Shown: piece after piece, positions 20,635 through 30,614 of the stretch
How the letters are laid out: each line of letters begins with the position of its first letter
How positions within the stretch are numbered: the stretch's first letter is position 1
Source of the DNA: Trueperaceae bacterium
GTDB taxonomy: Bacteria; Deinococcota; Deinococci; Deinococcales; Trueperaceae
Assembly: GCA_965213705.1 (NCBI GenBank)
Contig: OZ243913.1
Span: 1 to 64,000, forward strand
Reading direction: 5' to 3'
DNA length: 64,000 bases
Notes under the pieces: model-generated
What the model saw: only the letters and a program-made list of their open reading frames with translations
Told to the model about the DNA's origin: nothing
Database searches by the model: none
Translations under genes and position numbers: made by a program

Positions 20635-21762
20635 GTGAACATCGGCATTCCCAAAGAGGTCAAACGCCACGAGTACCGCGTGTCGGCGACGCCGGGCGCG
20701 GTGCGGGCGCTCGTCGGGGCGGGGCACCGCGTGGTGGTCGAAACCGGCGCGGGCGCGGGCAGCAGCTTTTCCGACGCGGACTTTGAGGCGCAGGGCGCGC
20801 GCATCGTGGACAGTGCCCAGGAGGCCTGGTCGCAGGCGATGGTCTTGAAGGTCAAGGAGCCCGTCGAGCAAGAGTACCACTTTTTGCGCGACGACCTGCT
20901 GCTGTTTACCTACCTGCACTTGGCCGCCGACCGGCCCCTCACAGACAGGTTGCTGACGGCGGGCACCACGGCCATCGCTTACGAAACGGTGCAGGTCGAA
21001 AACGGCGCCCTGCCGCTTTTAACCCCCATGAGCGAGGTCGCCGGGCGCATGGCCCCGCAGGTGGGGGCGTACCACTTGGAGCGCTTTCTGGGCGGGCGCG
21101 GCTTGCTCCTGGGCGGCGTGCCAGGCGTCGAGGCGGGCGAGGTGGTGATTTTGGGCGGCGGCGTGGTCGGCACCAACGCGGCCAAAATTGCCCTCGGGCT
21201 GGGTGCGCGGGTGACGATTTTGGACATCAGCCACGCGCGGCTGCAGTATCTTGACGACATTTTTGGGGGCCGCGTGCAGACGCTCGCCAGCAACTTGGGC
21301 AGCGTCGCCGCGGTGATTCGGCGGGCCGACCTGCTCGTCGGCGCGGTGCTGATTCCGGGTGCCAAAGCCCCGCACCTCGTCACCAAGGACATGCTGAGCA
21401 CCATGAAACCCGGCAGCGTGATTGTGGACGTGGCGGTCGACCAGGGCGGTTGCATCGAGACGATTCACCCGACCACCCACGACGAGCCGACTTATGTGGT
21501 TGAGGGAGTTGTCCACTACGGCGTCGCCAACATGCCGGGCGCGGTGCCGAACACGAGTACGACCGCGCTGAGCAACCAGACGCTGCCCTACGCCCTCAAG
21601 TTAGCAGCGAAAAACACGGCCGCCCTGCGCGAAGACCCCGCACTTATGAAGGGTCTCAACACCCACGCGGGCCAACTTACCTACGCGGCGGTCGGCCGCG
21701 CCTTCGGCCTCGAGACCGTCCCCGCCGCGGAAGCGCTGGGGCAAATGGTGGTGGCGAGCTGA
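20635..21762 (+). CDS. ald: Alanine dehydrogenase
   Basis: IGIPKEVKRHEYRV, LFTYLHLAA, PMSEVAGR, GGGVVGTNAA, DVAVDQGGC and YGVANMPGAVP motifs. Confidence 0.97.
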   Translation: MNIGIPKEVKRHEYRVSATPGAVRALVGAGHRVVVETGAGAGSSFSDADFEAQGARIVDSAQEAWSQAMVLKVKEPVEQEYHFLRDDLLLFTYLHLAADRPLTDRLLTAGTTAIAYETVQVENGALPLLTPMSEVAGRMAPQVGAYHLERFLGGRGLLLGGVPGVEAGEVVILGGGVVGTNAAKIALGLGARVTILDISHARLQYLDDIFGGRVQTLASNLGSVAAVIRRADLLVGAVLIPGAKAPHLVTKDMLSTMKPGSVIVDVAVDQGGCIETIHPTTHDEPTYVVEGVVHYGVANMPGAVPNTSTTALSNQTLPYALKLAAKNTAALREDPALMKGLNTHAGQLTYAAVGRAFGLETVPAAEALGQMVVAS

Positions 21763-21773
21763 GTTCGTGGGGG

Positions 21774-21802
21774 GTAGGGGCGGGTTTGAAACCCGCCCCT
21801 AC
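21774..21802. repeat. GTAG-type REP-like palindrome between convergent ald and ruvA
   Basis: GTAGGGGCGGGTTT-G-AAACCCGCCCCTAC, perfect 14-bp arms. Confidence 0.8.
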
Positions 21803-21905
21803 GGTGCGCCGAAAAAGCGCTTTCAGGATAAAGGTTTACCGCACGAAGACAACTTCGCGGAAAGCTGTCCCAAACAGCCTGAGGGGTTGCAAAACCGAGT
21901 CGAAG

Positions 21906-22499
21906 CTAGCGCAGTTTCGCCAGGGCTTTGCGGATGAGGGTTTCGGCAGGGTCGTCAGGGTGCTCGAGCGCCAGCATCCCGACCGCCGACTTCACCTGCG
22001 ACTCGCGGTAGCCGAGCGCGAGCAGCGCCTGCACCGCGTCCTCGCCCGCGCCGGTCAGCACCGACTGCGGCCGCGTCGCGCCGGGCGCGGCCGCCAAGTG
22101 TTCGGGCAACTTGTTTTTGAGGTCGAGGATAATTCGCTCGGCCGTTTTTTTGCCGACGCCGGGCGCGCTCGAGAGCAGGCCTGCGTCCCCGCCCAAAATG
22201 GCCGAGGCAATCAAGGTCGTCGGCATGGACGACAAAATCGCCAAACCCACCTTCGGCCCGATGCCCGACACCGAGATAAGGTAGCGAAAGAGCGTCAGCA
22301 AGTCTTCGGTGTGAAAACCGTAGAGCGACAGTTCGTCTTCTTTTACTACGAGGTGCGTGTGGAGCCGCACTGCTGCACCCTTAGAGCAGGCCATCAGGGT
22401 CGCTTTGGGGGCGAACAGCTCGAGGCCGAACGCGCCCGCTTGCATCACCAGGCTGGCGTCACGCACCTCGGCGACGATGCCGTCCACAAAGGCAATCAC
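21906..22499 (-). CDS. ruvA: Holliday junction branch migration protein RuvA
   Basis: Likely GTG start (MIAFVDG). LYGF, VSGIGPK, PGVGKKTAERI and ALLALGY motifs. Confidence 0.95.
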   Translation of the reverse strand: MIAFVDGIVAEVRDASLVMQAGAFGLELFAPKATLMACSKGAAVRLHTHLVVKEDELSLYGFHTEDLLTLFRYLISVSGIGPKVGLAILSSMPTTLIASAILGGDAGLLSSAPGVGKKTAERIILDLKNKLPEHLAAAPGATRPQSVLTGAGEDAVQALLALGYRESQVKSAVGMLALEHPDDPAETLIRKALAKLR

Positions 22500-22529
22500 C
22501 GGAATCCCAACACTAAAACGCTCCAAACA

Positions 22530-23327
22530 TCAAAATTCTCCAAACAAGGGCGCAAAAATCGCCTCGTAGCCGATGTCGGCGACCGTCTCGCAACCGGTTA
22601 AGCGCATCGCGTAGGCGAGTTCGGCCTCCAGGTTGGCAAGGGCGCGGTCGCTCTCGACGACCACGGCTTCCGCACCGACAGCGAGGTAGCGAAACACGTC
22701 GACGCCGCTCCGCACCGGGCCGCCCGCGTACACACTTGTCATGCCCGCTACTGCGTCCAACACCTCGGGAAAAATCTCGATGGTTGCGGGGCCGTTCAGG
22801 TAAAAACCCGCGCCCGAATGCACCACCACGCCTTCCAAGCCCGCCTCGGCGGCCAGCAGCGCGTCCGCGGGGCTGGCGACGCCGTACAGCCAAATCGGGC
22901 AGCCCGCCGCGGCGCGGAGTTCGGCCAGGTCCTCGCGCGTTTTGGGCCGCCAGGGGTTTGTTCCGTAGGGTGCGGTGTCGGCGAGCGCAGTAAAATCCAG
23001 CGCCAGCGCGCCCACGCCCCGCGCGGCGAGTTTGCGGACCTTGGGCATCAGCTCGCCCATTTTTTCGGTTTTGAGGAGCGCCACCGCCCGCTCGAGCGCC
23101 CCGCCCTTTTCCCCTAGTTCCAACAGAAGTTCGGCCCGCACCAGACTCAAGGTTTCTGTTCCGCGGGTTTCTGTTCCACTCGGCAACGTCCCCTCGACGA
23201 GCGGCACGACCGGCGAGGCGAAGGCGCGCTCGAGCACGGTGACGCCCAAATCGACCTCGTGAACGTCGTGGAGGACGCGCGGGATGAGCTGATAACTGTC
23301 TAGGGCGGCAAGGTCGCGGTCGGGCAC
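22530..23327 (-). CDS. FMN-dependent alpha-hydroxy-acid oxidase family protein, divergent
   Basis: LIPRVLHDV, GGPVRSGVDVFRYLAVGAEAV and ELAYAMRLTGC motifs. TACACT lies 6 nt before GTG 23327. Confidence 0.7.
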   Translation of the reverse strand: MPDRDLAALDSYQLIPRVLHDVHEVDLGVTVLERAFASPVVPLVEGTLPSGTETRGTETLSLVRAELLLELGEKGGALERAVALLKTEKMGELMPKVRKLAARGVGALALDFTALADTAPYGTNPWRPKTREDLAELRAAAGCPIWLYGVASPADALLAAEAGLEGVVVHSGAGFYLNGPATIEIFPEVLDAVAGMTSVYAGGPVRSGVDVFRYLAVGAEAVVVESDRALANLEAELAYAMRLTGCETVADIGYEAIFAPLFGEF

Positions 23328-23474
23328 GCGTTTAGTGTACCAAGTAGACCGGGGCGTACTGAGCGGACCAGCGGGTCGAGTCAACCCAACTCGCTGTGTA
23401 GGCCGGTGAGCCAAGCAAACGCACTCGGACGAACCCGGCGGGTTTCGGGCAGGCACAGACGAGGAGGGCAGGTT

Positions 23475-25016
23475 TTAGACTTTGGCCGAACGTACCAGGT
23501 CTTGCTTTAGGTCCCACAGGGCTTCGGTCAGCGAGACGTGATAAATGTGCGGGTTCAGCAGGCGCTTGACCCCGGCGTCCAGACGGGCCAGGTCGGTCTC
23601 GCAACGCTCGCGCAAGCTTGCCAGCGGCGGCGCGTCAGCCGTGCGCTTGCCCCCGGCGAACACGGGCTCGAGCAGCGGCTCAATGTCTACGGCGTTGCGC
23701 TGCAGGATGCGCCGCAGCCGCGCGTCCGAGGGATGGTGCAGCGTGACGGTGTCCTCTTGGCGCGGGTCCTCGTGGGACAAGCTCACCAGGTCGGCGGTCG
23801 CCTTGCCGCGTTCGTCGTAAAGCCGCCACAACCGTTTGTCGCCGGGATTGAGGGTCTTGGCGGGCGTGTTCGAGAGTTTGATGGCGGGTTGCCAAGCGCC
23901 GTTTTCTTCTATCGCTACGAGCTTGTAGACCCCGTCCAGGGCCGAGTCGCCCTGCGAAATCATCAGGCTCGTGCCGACGCCGTAGCTGAGGCGTTTGATG
24001 AGCGCGTCCGGGTCGACCCCGTAGCTCCGCGCCTCGGCCGCGATTTGGGTGACGATTTGCCAGATGGTGAACTCGTCCAGACGGTTCGACAAAACGATGC
24101 TCGCGTCTTCAAAGCCCGCCGCGTCGAGCAGTTTGGCGCTCTGGATGCTCAAAAAAGCCAAGTCACCCGAGTCGAGCCGCACGCCGACGGGTTTGTGACC
24201 GTTTCGGCGCAACCCCTCAAACACCCGAATCGCGTTGGGTACGCCGCTCGCCAGGGTGTCGACCGTGTCGACCAGGAGTAAGCAGTCGTCCGGGTAGGCT
24301 TCAGCGTAGGCTTCAAAGGCGGCCAGCTCGCCGAGCCCGAGCGCCATAAATCCTTGCACCATGCTGTGCGCGTGGGTGCCTTTCGGCGGCAAACCGAGCA
24401 CGAACGACAAACCCGTGTTAGACGTAAAGTCCACCCCGCCGATGAGCGCCGCACGCGTCCCGGCGTTCACCCCGCGCTCGTGACCGCGCCGCATCCCAAA
24501 GTCAATCACGGCGCTGCCCCGCGCTTCTCGCTTGACCCGCGCCGCTTTCGTCGCTATGAGCGTCGGGTAGTTGAGGTGGTTGAGGAGCGAGGTTTCCAAA
24601 ATCTGCGTCATGGCGAACGGGCCTTGCACCACCGCCACGGGTGCGCCCGCGTGGACGACGCGGCCCTCCGGCACCGCGCTGAGCCGAACGTCGGCAAAGT
24701 TGCCGCAGGCTTTCAGCCAGGTCAGAAAGTCCTCGTCAAACAGCCGCGCGCCCGTGCTCGCTTTAGCCCCACGCAGGTAGTCCAAGTCCTCGTCGCGAAA
24801 ACGCGCCCGCTCCATCCAGTCGAGCAGCCACTCTAGCCCCGCCGCCACGCAGTAACCCGCCTCGTGGCGACCGTAGTCGGGGTAGGTGCGAAAAAAGTAG
24901 TCGAACTGCACCTGGCGTTCGTGCAAACCCTGGCGAAAGTACAGCTGCGCCATCGTCAGCTGGTACATGTCGGTAAAAAGAACACCTTCGGCGGTCTGCT
25001 GCTCGGTGGGGGTCAT
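23475..25016 (-). CDS. pncB: Nicotinate phosphoribosyltransferase
   Basis: [38 protein letters not shown] and DGVYKLV motifs. Confidence 0.95.
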   Translation of the reverse strand: MTPTEQQTAEGVLFTDMYQLTMAQLYFRQGLHERQVQFDYFFRTYPDYGRHEAGYCVAAGLEWLLDWMERARFRDEDLDYLRGAKASTGARLFDEDFLTWLKACGNFADVRLSAVPEGRVVHAGAPVAVVQGPFAMTQILETSLLNHLNYPTLIATKAARVKREARGSAVIDFGMRRGHERGVNAGTRAALIGGVDFTSNTGLSFVLGLPPKGTHAHSMVQGFMALGLGELAAFEAYAEAYPDDCLLLVDTVDTLASGVPNAIRVFEGLRRNGHKPVGVRLDSGDLAFLSIQSAKLLDAAGFEDASIVLSNRLDEFTIWQIVTQIAAEARSYGVDPDALIKRLSYGVGTSLMISQGDSALDGVYKLVAIEENGAWQPAIKLSNTPAKTLNPGDKRLWRLYDERGKATADLVSLSHEDPRQEDTVTLHHPSDARLRRILQRNAVDIEPLLEPVFAGGKRTADAPPLASLRERCETDLARLDAGVKRLLNPHIYHVSLTEALWDLKQDLVRSAKV

Positions 25017-25286
25017 CTAGGCTCCTCGCTTTGGTCAAAATAGGGCGTCGGGTCGGTCAAACTTGGGTCATCGGCGTCGTCGGTTCTCGCGTGGGGCGGG
25101 CTCGAGCCGCGGCGGTTCCGCTTTGCCGTTCTTACCCCGCCTTTCTCACCCAGCCGTTCTCACCTCGCCATTCTTGACCTCGCCTTTGTAGCGGCATGGC
25201 TGTCGGCGCAACCACCGTGAGGTTGAAGACGCCCAACGACGCCTCGGCTCTGCACTTCTCAGCCAGCCAAGGCTATACTCTAGCTT

Positions 25287-26549
25287 ATGCTTCAAGAAAA
25301 AGAGCTTCACACGAACGCTATCCAAAAAGCCACCCTGCCCAACGGTTTTACGGTCGTTTTCGAGCCGCTGCCGTGGCTGGCCTCGGCGAGTTTTTCCCTG
25401 TTGTTGCCGGTCGGCGCGACGACCGACCCGGACGGTGAGACGGGCAGCGCCACTGTTTTAAACGACCTCTTGTACCGCGGCGCGGGCGAGTACAGTTCGC
25501 AGGGTTTGTCCGACGCGCTCGACGCGCTCGGGGTGCGCCGGGGCGGCGGGGCGGGCAAGGAGTACATGACCTTGTCGGGCTCGCTGCTCGCTGAATCGTT
25601 TCAGGCGGCGCTGCCCATCTACGCCGACGTCGTGCGGCGTCCGCACCTGGCGGAAAGCGAGTTCGAGAGCGCGCGAACCCTGGCCGAGCAAGAACTCGCC
25701 TCGCTCGGCGACAACCCGACCCAACAACTGTTCAACACCCTGGCCGGAAAATACTTCGTGTCCGCCCACGGCAACAGCAGTTACGGCGACGCGGCGGGTT
25801 TGGCCGCGCTGACGCCGGACAGTGTGCGCACGGACTACCAACGCCGGGTGTCGCCGCGCGGCGCAATCCTGAGCGTGGCGGGCGGGCTCGAGTGGGACAC
25901 GGTGCGCACCCTCGCCGAGGGTTTGTTCGGCGACTGGCAGGCCGTCGGTACCGACTTGCCCGAGGTGCGCGTCGGGCGGCCCCACCAGGACCACTTGACC
26001 GAAGACACCTCGCAGGTGCAAATCGGGGTGGCTTTCGGGGCGGCCGCGCCGGGTGCGCCGGGTTGGTACGAAAACGCGCTCGTCCTGGGCGTGCTGGGCG
26101 GCGGCATGGGCGCGCGGCTCTTTACGGAGGTGCGCGAGAAACGCGGGCTGGTCTACAGCGTGGCGGCGATGAGCCAGGCGGTACGCGGCTTCGGCTACAC
26201 GCTCGCTTACGCCGGCACCACGACCGAGCGCGCCAACGAAACTTTAGAGGTTTTGCTTCATGAACTGCGGCGCTTGAGCGACGGGGTGAGCGAGGAGGAA
26301 CTGGTGCGCGCCCGCACCGGCCTCCTGTCCCAACTCGTCATGCAGGGCGAGTCGAGCGGGGCCAGGGCCTCGGCCTTGGCGCGCGATACGTTCCTGCTCG
26401 GCGAGCCGCGCCGCGTGGACGAGGTCAAGGCCGCGCTGCTGGACATCTTCCACGCCGACCTCAACCGCTACTTACAAACCGCCTACCGACCCGAATTTAC
26501 CGTTTTGACCCTCGGGGCCAAACCCTTAAGCGAGGTGACCTTAGCATGA
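25287..26549 (+). CDS. M16-family peptidase, non-catalytic subunit
   Basis: M16 fold (LPNG, RLFTEVREKRGLVYSV). The HxxEH motif is replaced by TVLND. Confidence 0.85.
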   Translation: MLQEKELHTNAIQKATLPNGFTVVFEPLPWLASASFSLLLPVGATTDPDGETGSATVLNDLLYRGAGEYSSQGLSDALDALGVRRGGGAGKEYMTLSGSLLAESFQAALPIYADVVRRPHLAESEFESARTLAEQELASLGDNPTQQLFNTLAGKYFVSAHGNSSYGDAAGLAALTPDSVRTDYQRRVSPRGAILSVAGGLEWDTVRTLAEGLFGDWQAVGTDLPEVRVGRPHQDHLTEDTSQVQIGVAFGAAAPGAPGWYENALVLGVLGGGMGARLFTEVREKRGLVYSVAAMSQAVRGFGYTLAYAGTTTERANETLEVLLHELRRLSDGVSEEELVRARTGLLSQLVMQGESSGARASALARDTFLLGEPRRVDEVKAALLDIFHADLNRYLQTAYRPEFTVLTLGAKPLSEVTLA

Positions 26550-27865
26550 CGCAAGACAACCTGACCCACTCCGATACGGTGCAGTCCGACACGGTGCAGC
26601 CCGACACGACCCGGTCCGACACTGTCCAGATTAGCCCAGACCAACCCGGCATCGTTTTTCAGCACGCCAAACTGGACAACGGCCTTGTCGTCATCGGCGA
26701 GCACAACCCGCGCGCGCAGAGCGTGGCGGCGGGCTACTTCGTCAACACGGGCGCTCGAGACGAGAGTAAGGAAATTGCGGGCGTGTCGCACTTTTTGGAA
26801 CACATGATGTTCAAGGGCACTGCGAAACGCAGCCCCGAAGACATCAACCGCGAGTTCGACGAACTCGGCGCGAACTACAACGCTTACACCTCCGAAGAGC
26901 GCACCGTGTACTACGGCGCGGTGCTGAGCGAACGGGGCGACAAGCTACTCGACCTGCTCACCGACATGATGCGGCCCTCGCTGCGCGTTTCAGACTTCGA
27001 CCTAGAGAAAAACGTAATTTTGGAAGAAATCGCCATGTACGAAGACCGACCCAACTTTAAGGTGTTCGAGATAGGCAACGAGCGTTACTACCGCACGCAT
27101 CCCCTGGGCAACTCGGTATTGGGCAGTCCGCAGTCCATCACCGACCTCACCCAAACTCAGATGCAAGCCTACTTCGACGCGCGCTACGCGCCCAACAACA
27201 TGCTCCTAAGCGTCGCCGGCAACTACGACTGGGACGCAGTTCTTGGGCAAGTCGCTACCCTGACGAACACTTGGCAACCGTTTGAAACCGCGCGGCGCTA
27301 TCCCGACCTGAACCCCAAAACCGGGGCGGACGAAGAGCATGACGCTCGTCTGAACCGCGCCCACGTCGCCTTTTTCGCGCCCGGCGTGAGCGCGCAGAGC
27401 ACACTGCGCTACGCCGCGGCGGTGTTGGCGAACGCCCTCGGCGACGCCTCGGGCAGCCGTCTTTATTGGGAAATTATCGACAAAGGGCTCGCCGACAGCG
27501 CCTCGCTGTCGCACGACAGCGCCGACCGCTCGGGCGCGTTCGTGGGTTACTTGTCGACCGCGCCCAAAGACTTAGAACGCGTGCGCGACCTGTACCTGCA
27601 GGTGCTGACGCGTGTCGAAACCGACGGTGTGAGCGCCGCCGAGTGGACGCGGGCGCAGCGCAAACTCGCCACCTCGCTCACTTTGCGCGGCGAGACGCCG
27701 TTCGGCCGGCTGATGTCGTTCGGCTCGGCTTACCTCTACACGGGCGAGTACCAGTCGGTGCAAGACGTGGTCGCGGCGATTTTTAAAGCGAGTCTGGCCG
27801 ACGCCGAGGCGCTGCTGGCGAACAAACCGTTTGCCCAAGCCTACTCGCTGAGCTTGACGCCTTGA
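26546..27865 (+). CDS. M16-family zinc peptidase, catalytic subunit
   Basis: GVSHFLEHMMFKGT, NAYTS and EKNVILEEI motifs. Confidence 0.92.
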   Translation: MTQDNLTHSDTVQSDTVQPDTTRSDTVQISPDQPGIVFQHAKLDNGLVVIGEHNPRAQSVAAGYFVNTGARDESKEIAGVSHFLEHMMFKGTAKRSPEDINREFDELGANYNAYTSEERTVYYGAVLSERGDKLLDLLTDMMRPSLRVSDFDLEKNVILEEIAMYEDRPNFKVFEIGNERYYRTHPLGNSVLGSPQSITDLTQTQMQAYFDARYAPNNMLLSVAGNYDWDAVLGQVATLTNTWQPFETARRYPDLNPKTGADEEHDARLNRAHVAFFAPGVSAQSTLRYAAAVLANALGDASGSRLYWEIIDKGLADSASLSHDSADRSGAFVGYLSTAPKDLERVRDLYLQVLTRVETDGVSAAEWTRAQRKLATSLTLRGETPFGRLMSFGSAYLYTGEYQSVQDVVAAIFKASLADAEALLANKPFAQAYSLSLTP

Positions 27866-28518
27866 AGCGTGCCCCGTGGGTTTCCGCGTTCGCGTTGACG
27901 CTCATGGTGATGACGCTCATGGTGAGCGCGCACGCCCAGTTCGCCGCCCTCACCGTCACGCCCACCGGGGCCGAGGTCGTCGACATCGCCACAGGGGTGA
28001 CGACCTTGCCTGACGGCGGCGAGGTCGTCGACGCCGAGCGGGGTTTGACCCTTCGGAGCGCCTACATCGAGTTTGTCGAGGACGAGTACATCGCCACGAA
28101 AGAGTCGACCGTGACGGGCAAGTTCGGCAGCTTGAGCGCCCCCGAGCTGACCCTCGACCTGGTCAGGAACGAACTTTGGGCGCAGGGCGAGGTCGTGTTT
28201 ACGGGTTCCGACATCGAGGTCAGGGCGGACCGTCTCACCCTGTTTTTAGACGCCGAAGTCGCGCGGCTCAGCGGCAACGTCACGAGCCGCGACCCGAGTT
28301 TCGAGACCGACGCGCTGCTGCTGAACCTGAAAATCTCGGGCGCGCTGCTGGTAAGTCCTTACGCGTTTCAAAACGGGCCGTTTATGTTGCAGCAAACCTC
28401 GGCAGGGGCTTTGCTGCAGCTGCGCCAAGACGCGCTGCCCGACGGGACTTACGCTTACAACCCCACCACCGAAGTCGAGGCCGGTCTGTTGCAGACGCTG
28501 CAACCTTTTTTGCCCTGA
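27862..28518 (+). CDS. Exported beta-rich protein, possibly LptA/OstA-like
   Basis: Signal peptide, beta-jellyroll-like segments (AQGEVVF, VRADRLTL, LSGNV), and operon context. Confidence 0.55.
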   Translation: MKRAPWVSAFALTLMVMTLMVSAHAQFAALTVTPTGAEVVDIATGVTTLPDGGEVVDAERGLTLRSAYIEFVEDEYIATKESTVTGKFGSLSAPELTLDLVRNELWAQGEVVFTGSDIEVRADRLTLFLDAEVARLSGNVTSRDPSFETDALLLNLKISGALLVSPYAFQNGPFMLQQTSAGALLQLRQDALPDGTYAYNPTTEVEAGLLQTLQPFLP

Positions 28519-28521
28519 ACG

Positions 28522-30462
28522 GTGGGGTGGGCTCGGCGGCTCGCTACGCTGACTGCGCTTTGGGTCGCAGTCTCAGCGAACGTGGCCTGGGCCGCTCCCT
28601 GTGACCTTTTTCGGGAGGGTCGTACCGCGCTTGCGGTAGAGGGTTTGGGTACGGCTTACTTTACAGGCCTCGAGACCACCCTGCAAAACGGCGCGGCGCG
28701 TCTCTCGGGCGGTGTGTGTGTGGCGGGAACGAGCGGTTTTGAACTGCGCAGCGAAACCGTAGACGTTACGGGTATTCCCGACGCGCCCGTCTTAGCAGCC
28801 GAACAGGTCACCGTGAATTTTTCGGGTTGGACGCTTCGGAGTGCCGCTTTGAAAGCCGACGCGGACACGCTCGAGCTGAGCGACGTGGTTTTTTACGGCG
28901 GCACGCTCCAGGGGCGGGCCGAGAGAGCCACCTTCGACGTCGCAGAGGGCGGTTTAGAGCTTGGTAAGGTCGCGGTCACCGGCAAAGGTTTTCGGGTACA
29001 GGGCGACGTGGCGACCCTCCAGGGTGACCGCCTCGTTTTTCAAGACGCCCTCGCCACGACTTGCGTGTGCGCCGCGGACGCGCTCTACGTCGTCCGCGCG
29101 CCGACGGCGACGTACGACCTGACACGTGAAGCGGTTCGGGTCGAGGGTGGGCAACTTCTCGTCGGCAACGTGCAGGTAGCGCTGCCGGACGTCGAAGTGA
29201 CGCCGGAGAACCTTCAAAACTTCACCTTCCCCGTACAGGTCGAGTACGTTTCCGACAACGAGACGACGGGCGTTTTGGGCACGGGCTTGGGCATCCGCGT
29301 TCCGGCTATCGGTGTCGGCGGCGGGCTCGGTGTGGAGGTCGGCGCCGTCGGTCTCGACACCGAATACCCCCTCAACGTCGTGTTGCTGGCTCATTACCGA
29401 GACGGCTCCTTGGCGTTCGACGTGGGCCGCGCCGCCAAGGGCGTGCAGGCCGACGTGCTGCTGACCGAGGCATTGACACCCGCGCTGAACCTGACTTTGG
29501 GGGTTCGTAACCGCGACTGGCAAGACGCCGGCTTTTTGCACGAGGGCGTGCTCGGCCTCAGCGGCGACACACGGCTGACGCTGTTTACAAGCGACGACCT
29601 CGCCCTGGCGGCGGGCGGCTTTGCCGCCGTGTCCTACCAGTTTTTGGGTGTTCCCGTCACCGCGCCACGTTTGGGGGTGTACCAAGAACTGCGTTTTTTG
29701 AGTCCGCCCACCGCCGTCGGCCGTTTTGGGATTAGTACACGCGCCGAAGTCACGACCTACCCCGGCACCGGCCGCAGCCAAGTCGGCTTTGCGTTTCGGC
29801 CTTCCTGGGCGGGCAGCTACGGCCCCGTAAGCGTCAACGCGACCTGGGACGCCCTGTGGACCAACCGAGCCTCGCCCTTCGGGGTAAGCCTGGACCGGCT
29901 CGAGCCTAGAAACCTGCTCGTTTTAGGCGGGCTTGTCGACGGCGACTTGACGCCTGGGTTGCGCGGCACGTTTTCGGTCAGCGCCCGCTACGACTTTTTG
30001 AGGCCGTCCGGGGGCGCTTTCAGCGCTGGGCTCGAGACTTTAGCGCTCGGCGCGAGCCTGAGCTACCGTGCCGACACCTTCACCCTGGTCCCTTTTTTCA
30101 GGGCCGAACTCGCGCCGCTGTTCAACGAGACCCTGCGCGGCGAAACCGACAGCTTTGTCGAGACCGGCCTCGACTTGGACGCTGCCACCTGGAGTTTCGG
30201 GCTGACTTTCAGGGCGGACCCGCTCGCGCCAAAAATCACCAAGTTGGAAGCGCGCACGAGCTTTCCCGTCACCCTGGACGCGCTTACCCTAAAACCCTTT
30301 ATAGCTTTCGACTTTGCCCCGACCCTTACTGCCGGCCAGTTCCCACGCGTGTCGGGCCACGGTTTGGACGTGACCTACCGGAGTTGCTGCGGCACCCTGG
30401 TGGTGGGCTATAGGCAGTTAGGGAACGCCTTTACGACCTCGTTCGCCGTGCGCTTCGAGTAG
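28522..30462 (+). CDS. LptD-like outer-membrane protein
   Basis: Signal peptide, OstA-like N-half with ATTC...YVVRA, amphipathic beta-strands, YRSCCG near the C-terminus and a terminal aromatic strand (FAVRFE). Confidence 0.6.
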   Translation: MGWARRLATLTALWVAVSANVAWAAPCDLFREGRTALAVEGLGTAYFTGLETTLQNGAARLSGGVCVAGTSGFELRSETVDVTGIPDAPVLAAEQVTVNFSGWTLRSAALKADADTLELSDVVFYGGTLQGRAERATFDVAEGGLELGKVAVTGKGFRVQGDVATLQGDRLVFQDALATTCVCAADALYVVRAPTATYDLTREAVRVEGGQLLVGNVQVALPDVEVTPENLQNFTFPVQVEYVSDNETTGVLGTGLGIRVPAIGVGGGLGVEVGAVGLDTEYPLNVVLLAHYRDGSLAFDVGRAAKGVQADVLLTEALTPALNLTLGVRNRDWQDAGFLHEGVLGLSGDTRLTLFTSDDLALAAGGFAAVSYQFLGVPVTAPRLGVYQELRFLSPPTAVGRFGISTRAEVTTYPGTGRSQVGFAFRPSWAGSYGPVSVNATWDALWTNRASPFGVSLDRLEPRNLLVLGGLVDGDLTPGLRGTFSVSARYDFLRPSGGAFSAGLETLALGASLSYRADTFTLVPFFRAELAPLFNETLRGETDSFVETGLDLDAATWSFGLTFRADPLAPKITKLEARTSFPVTLDALTLKPFIAFDFAPTLTAGQFPRVSGHGLDVTYRSCCGTLVVGYRQLGNAFTTSFAVRFE

Positions 30463-30614
30463 CGGCGTTCGCCGTTCGCTGTCGGACGAACGACCAAAGA
30501 CGAACATCGAACGAGGTTTTCTCAAAAAGCCGAGAGCGTTTAGTGTTAGGGTTAAACCCGCAGACTTGCACCACAGCCTCATACTGCAGCAGGCTCGTAC
30601 CCGAGACCTTACCG

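Noticed and set aside
23345..23470. Riboswitch or sRNA between pncB and the oxidase-like gene
   Set aside because: Only one modest hairpin, and the downstream gene has its own leaderless-type promoter after this segment.
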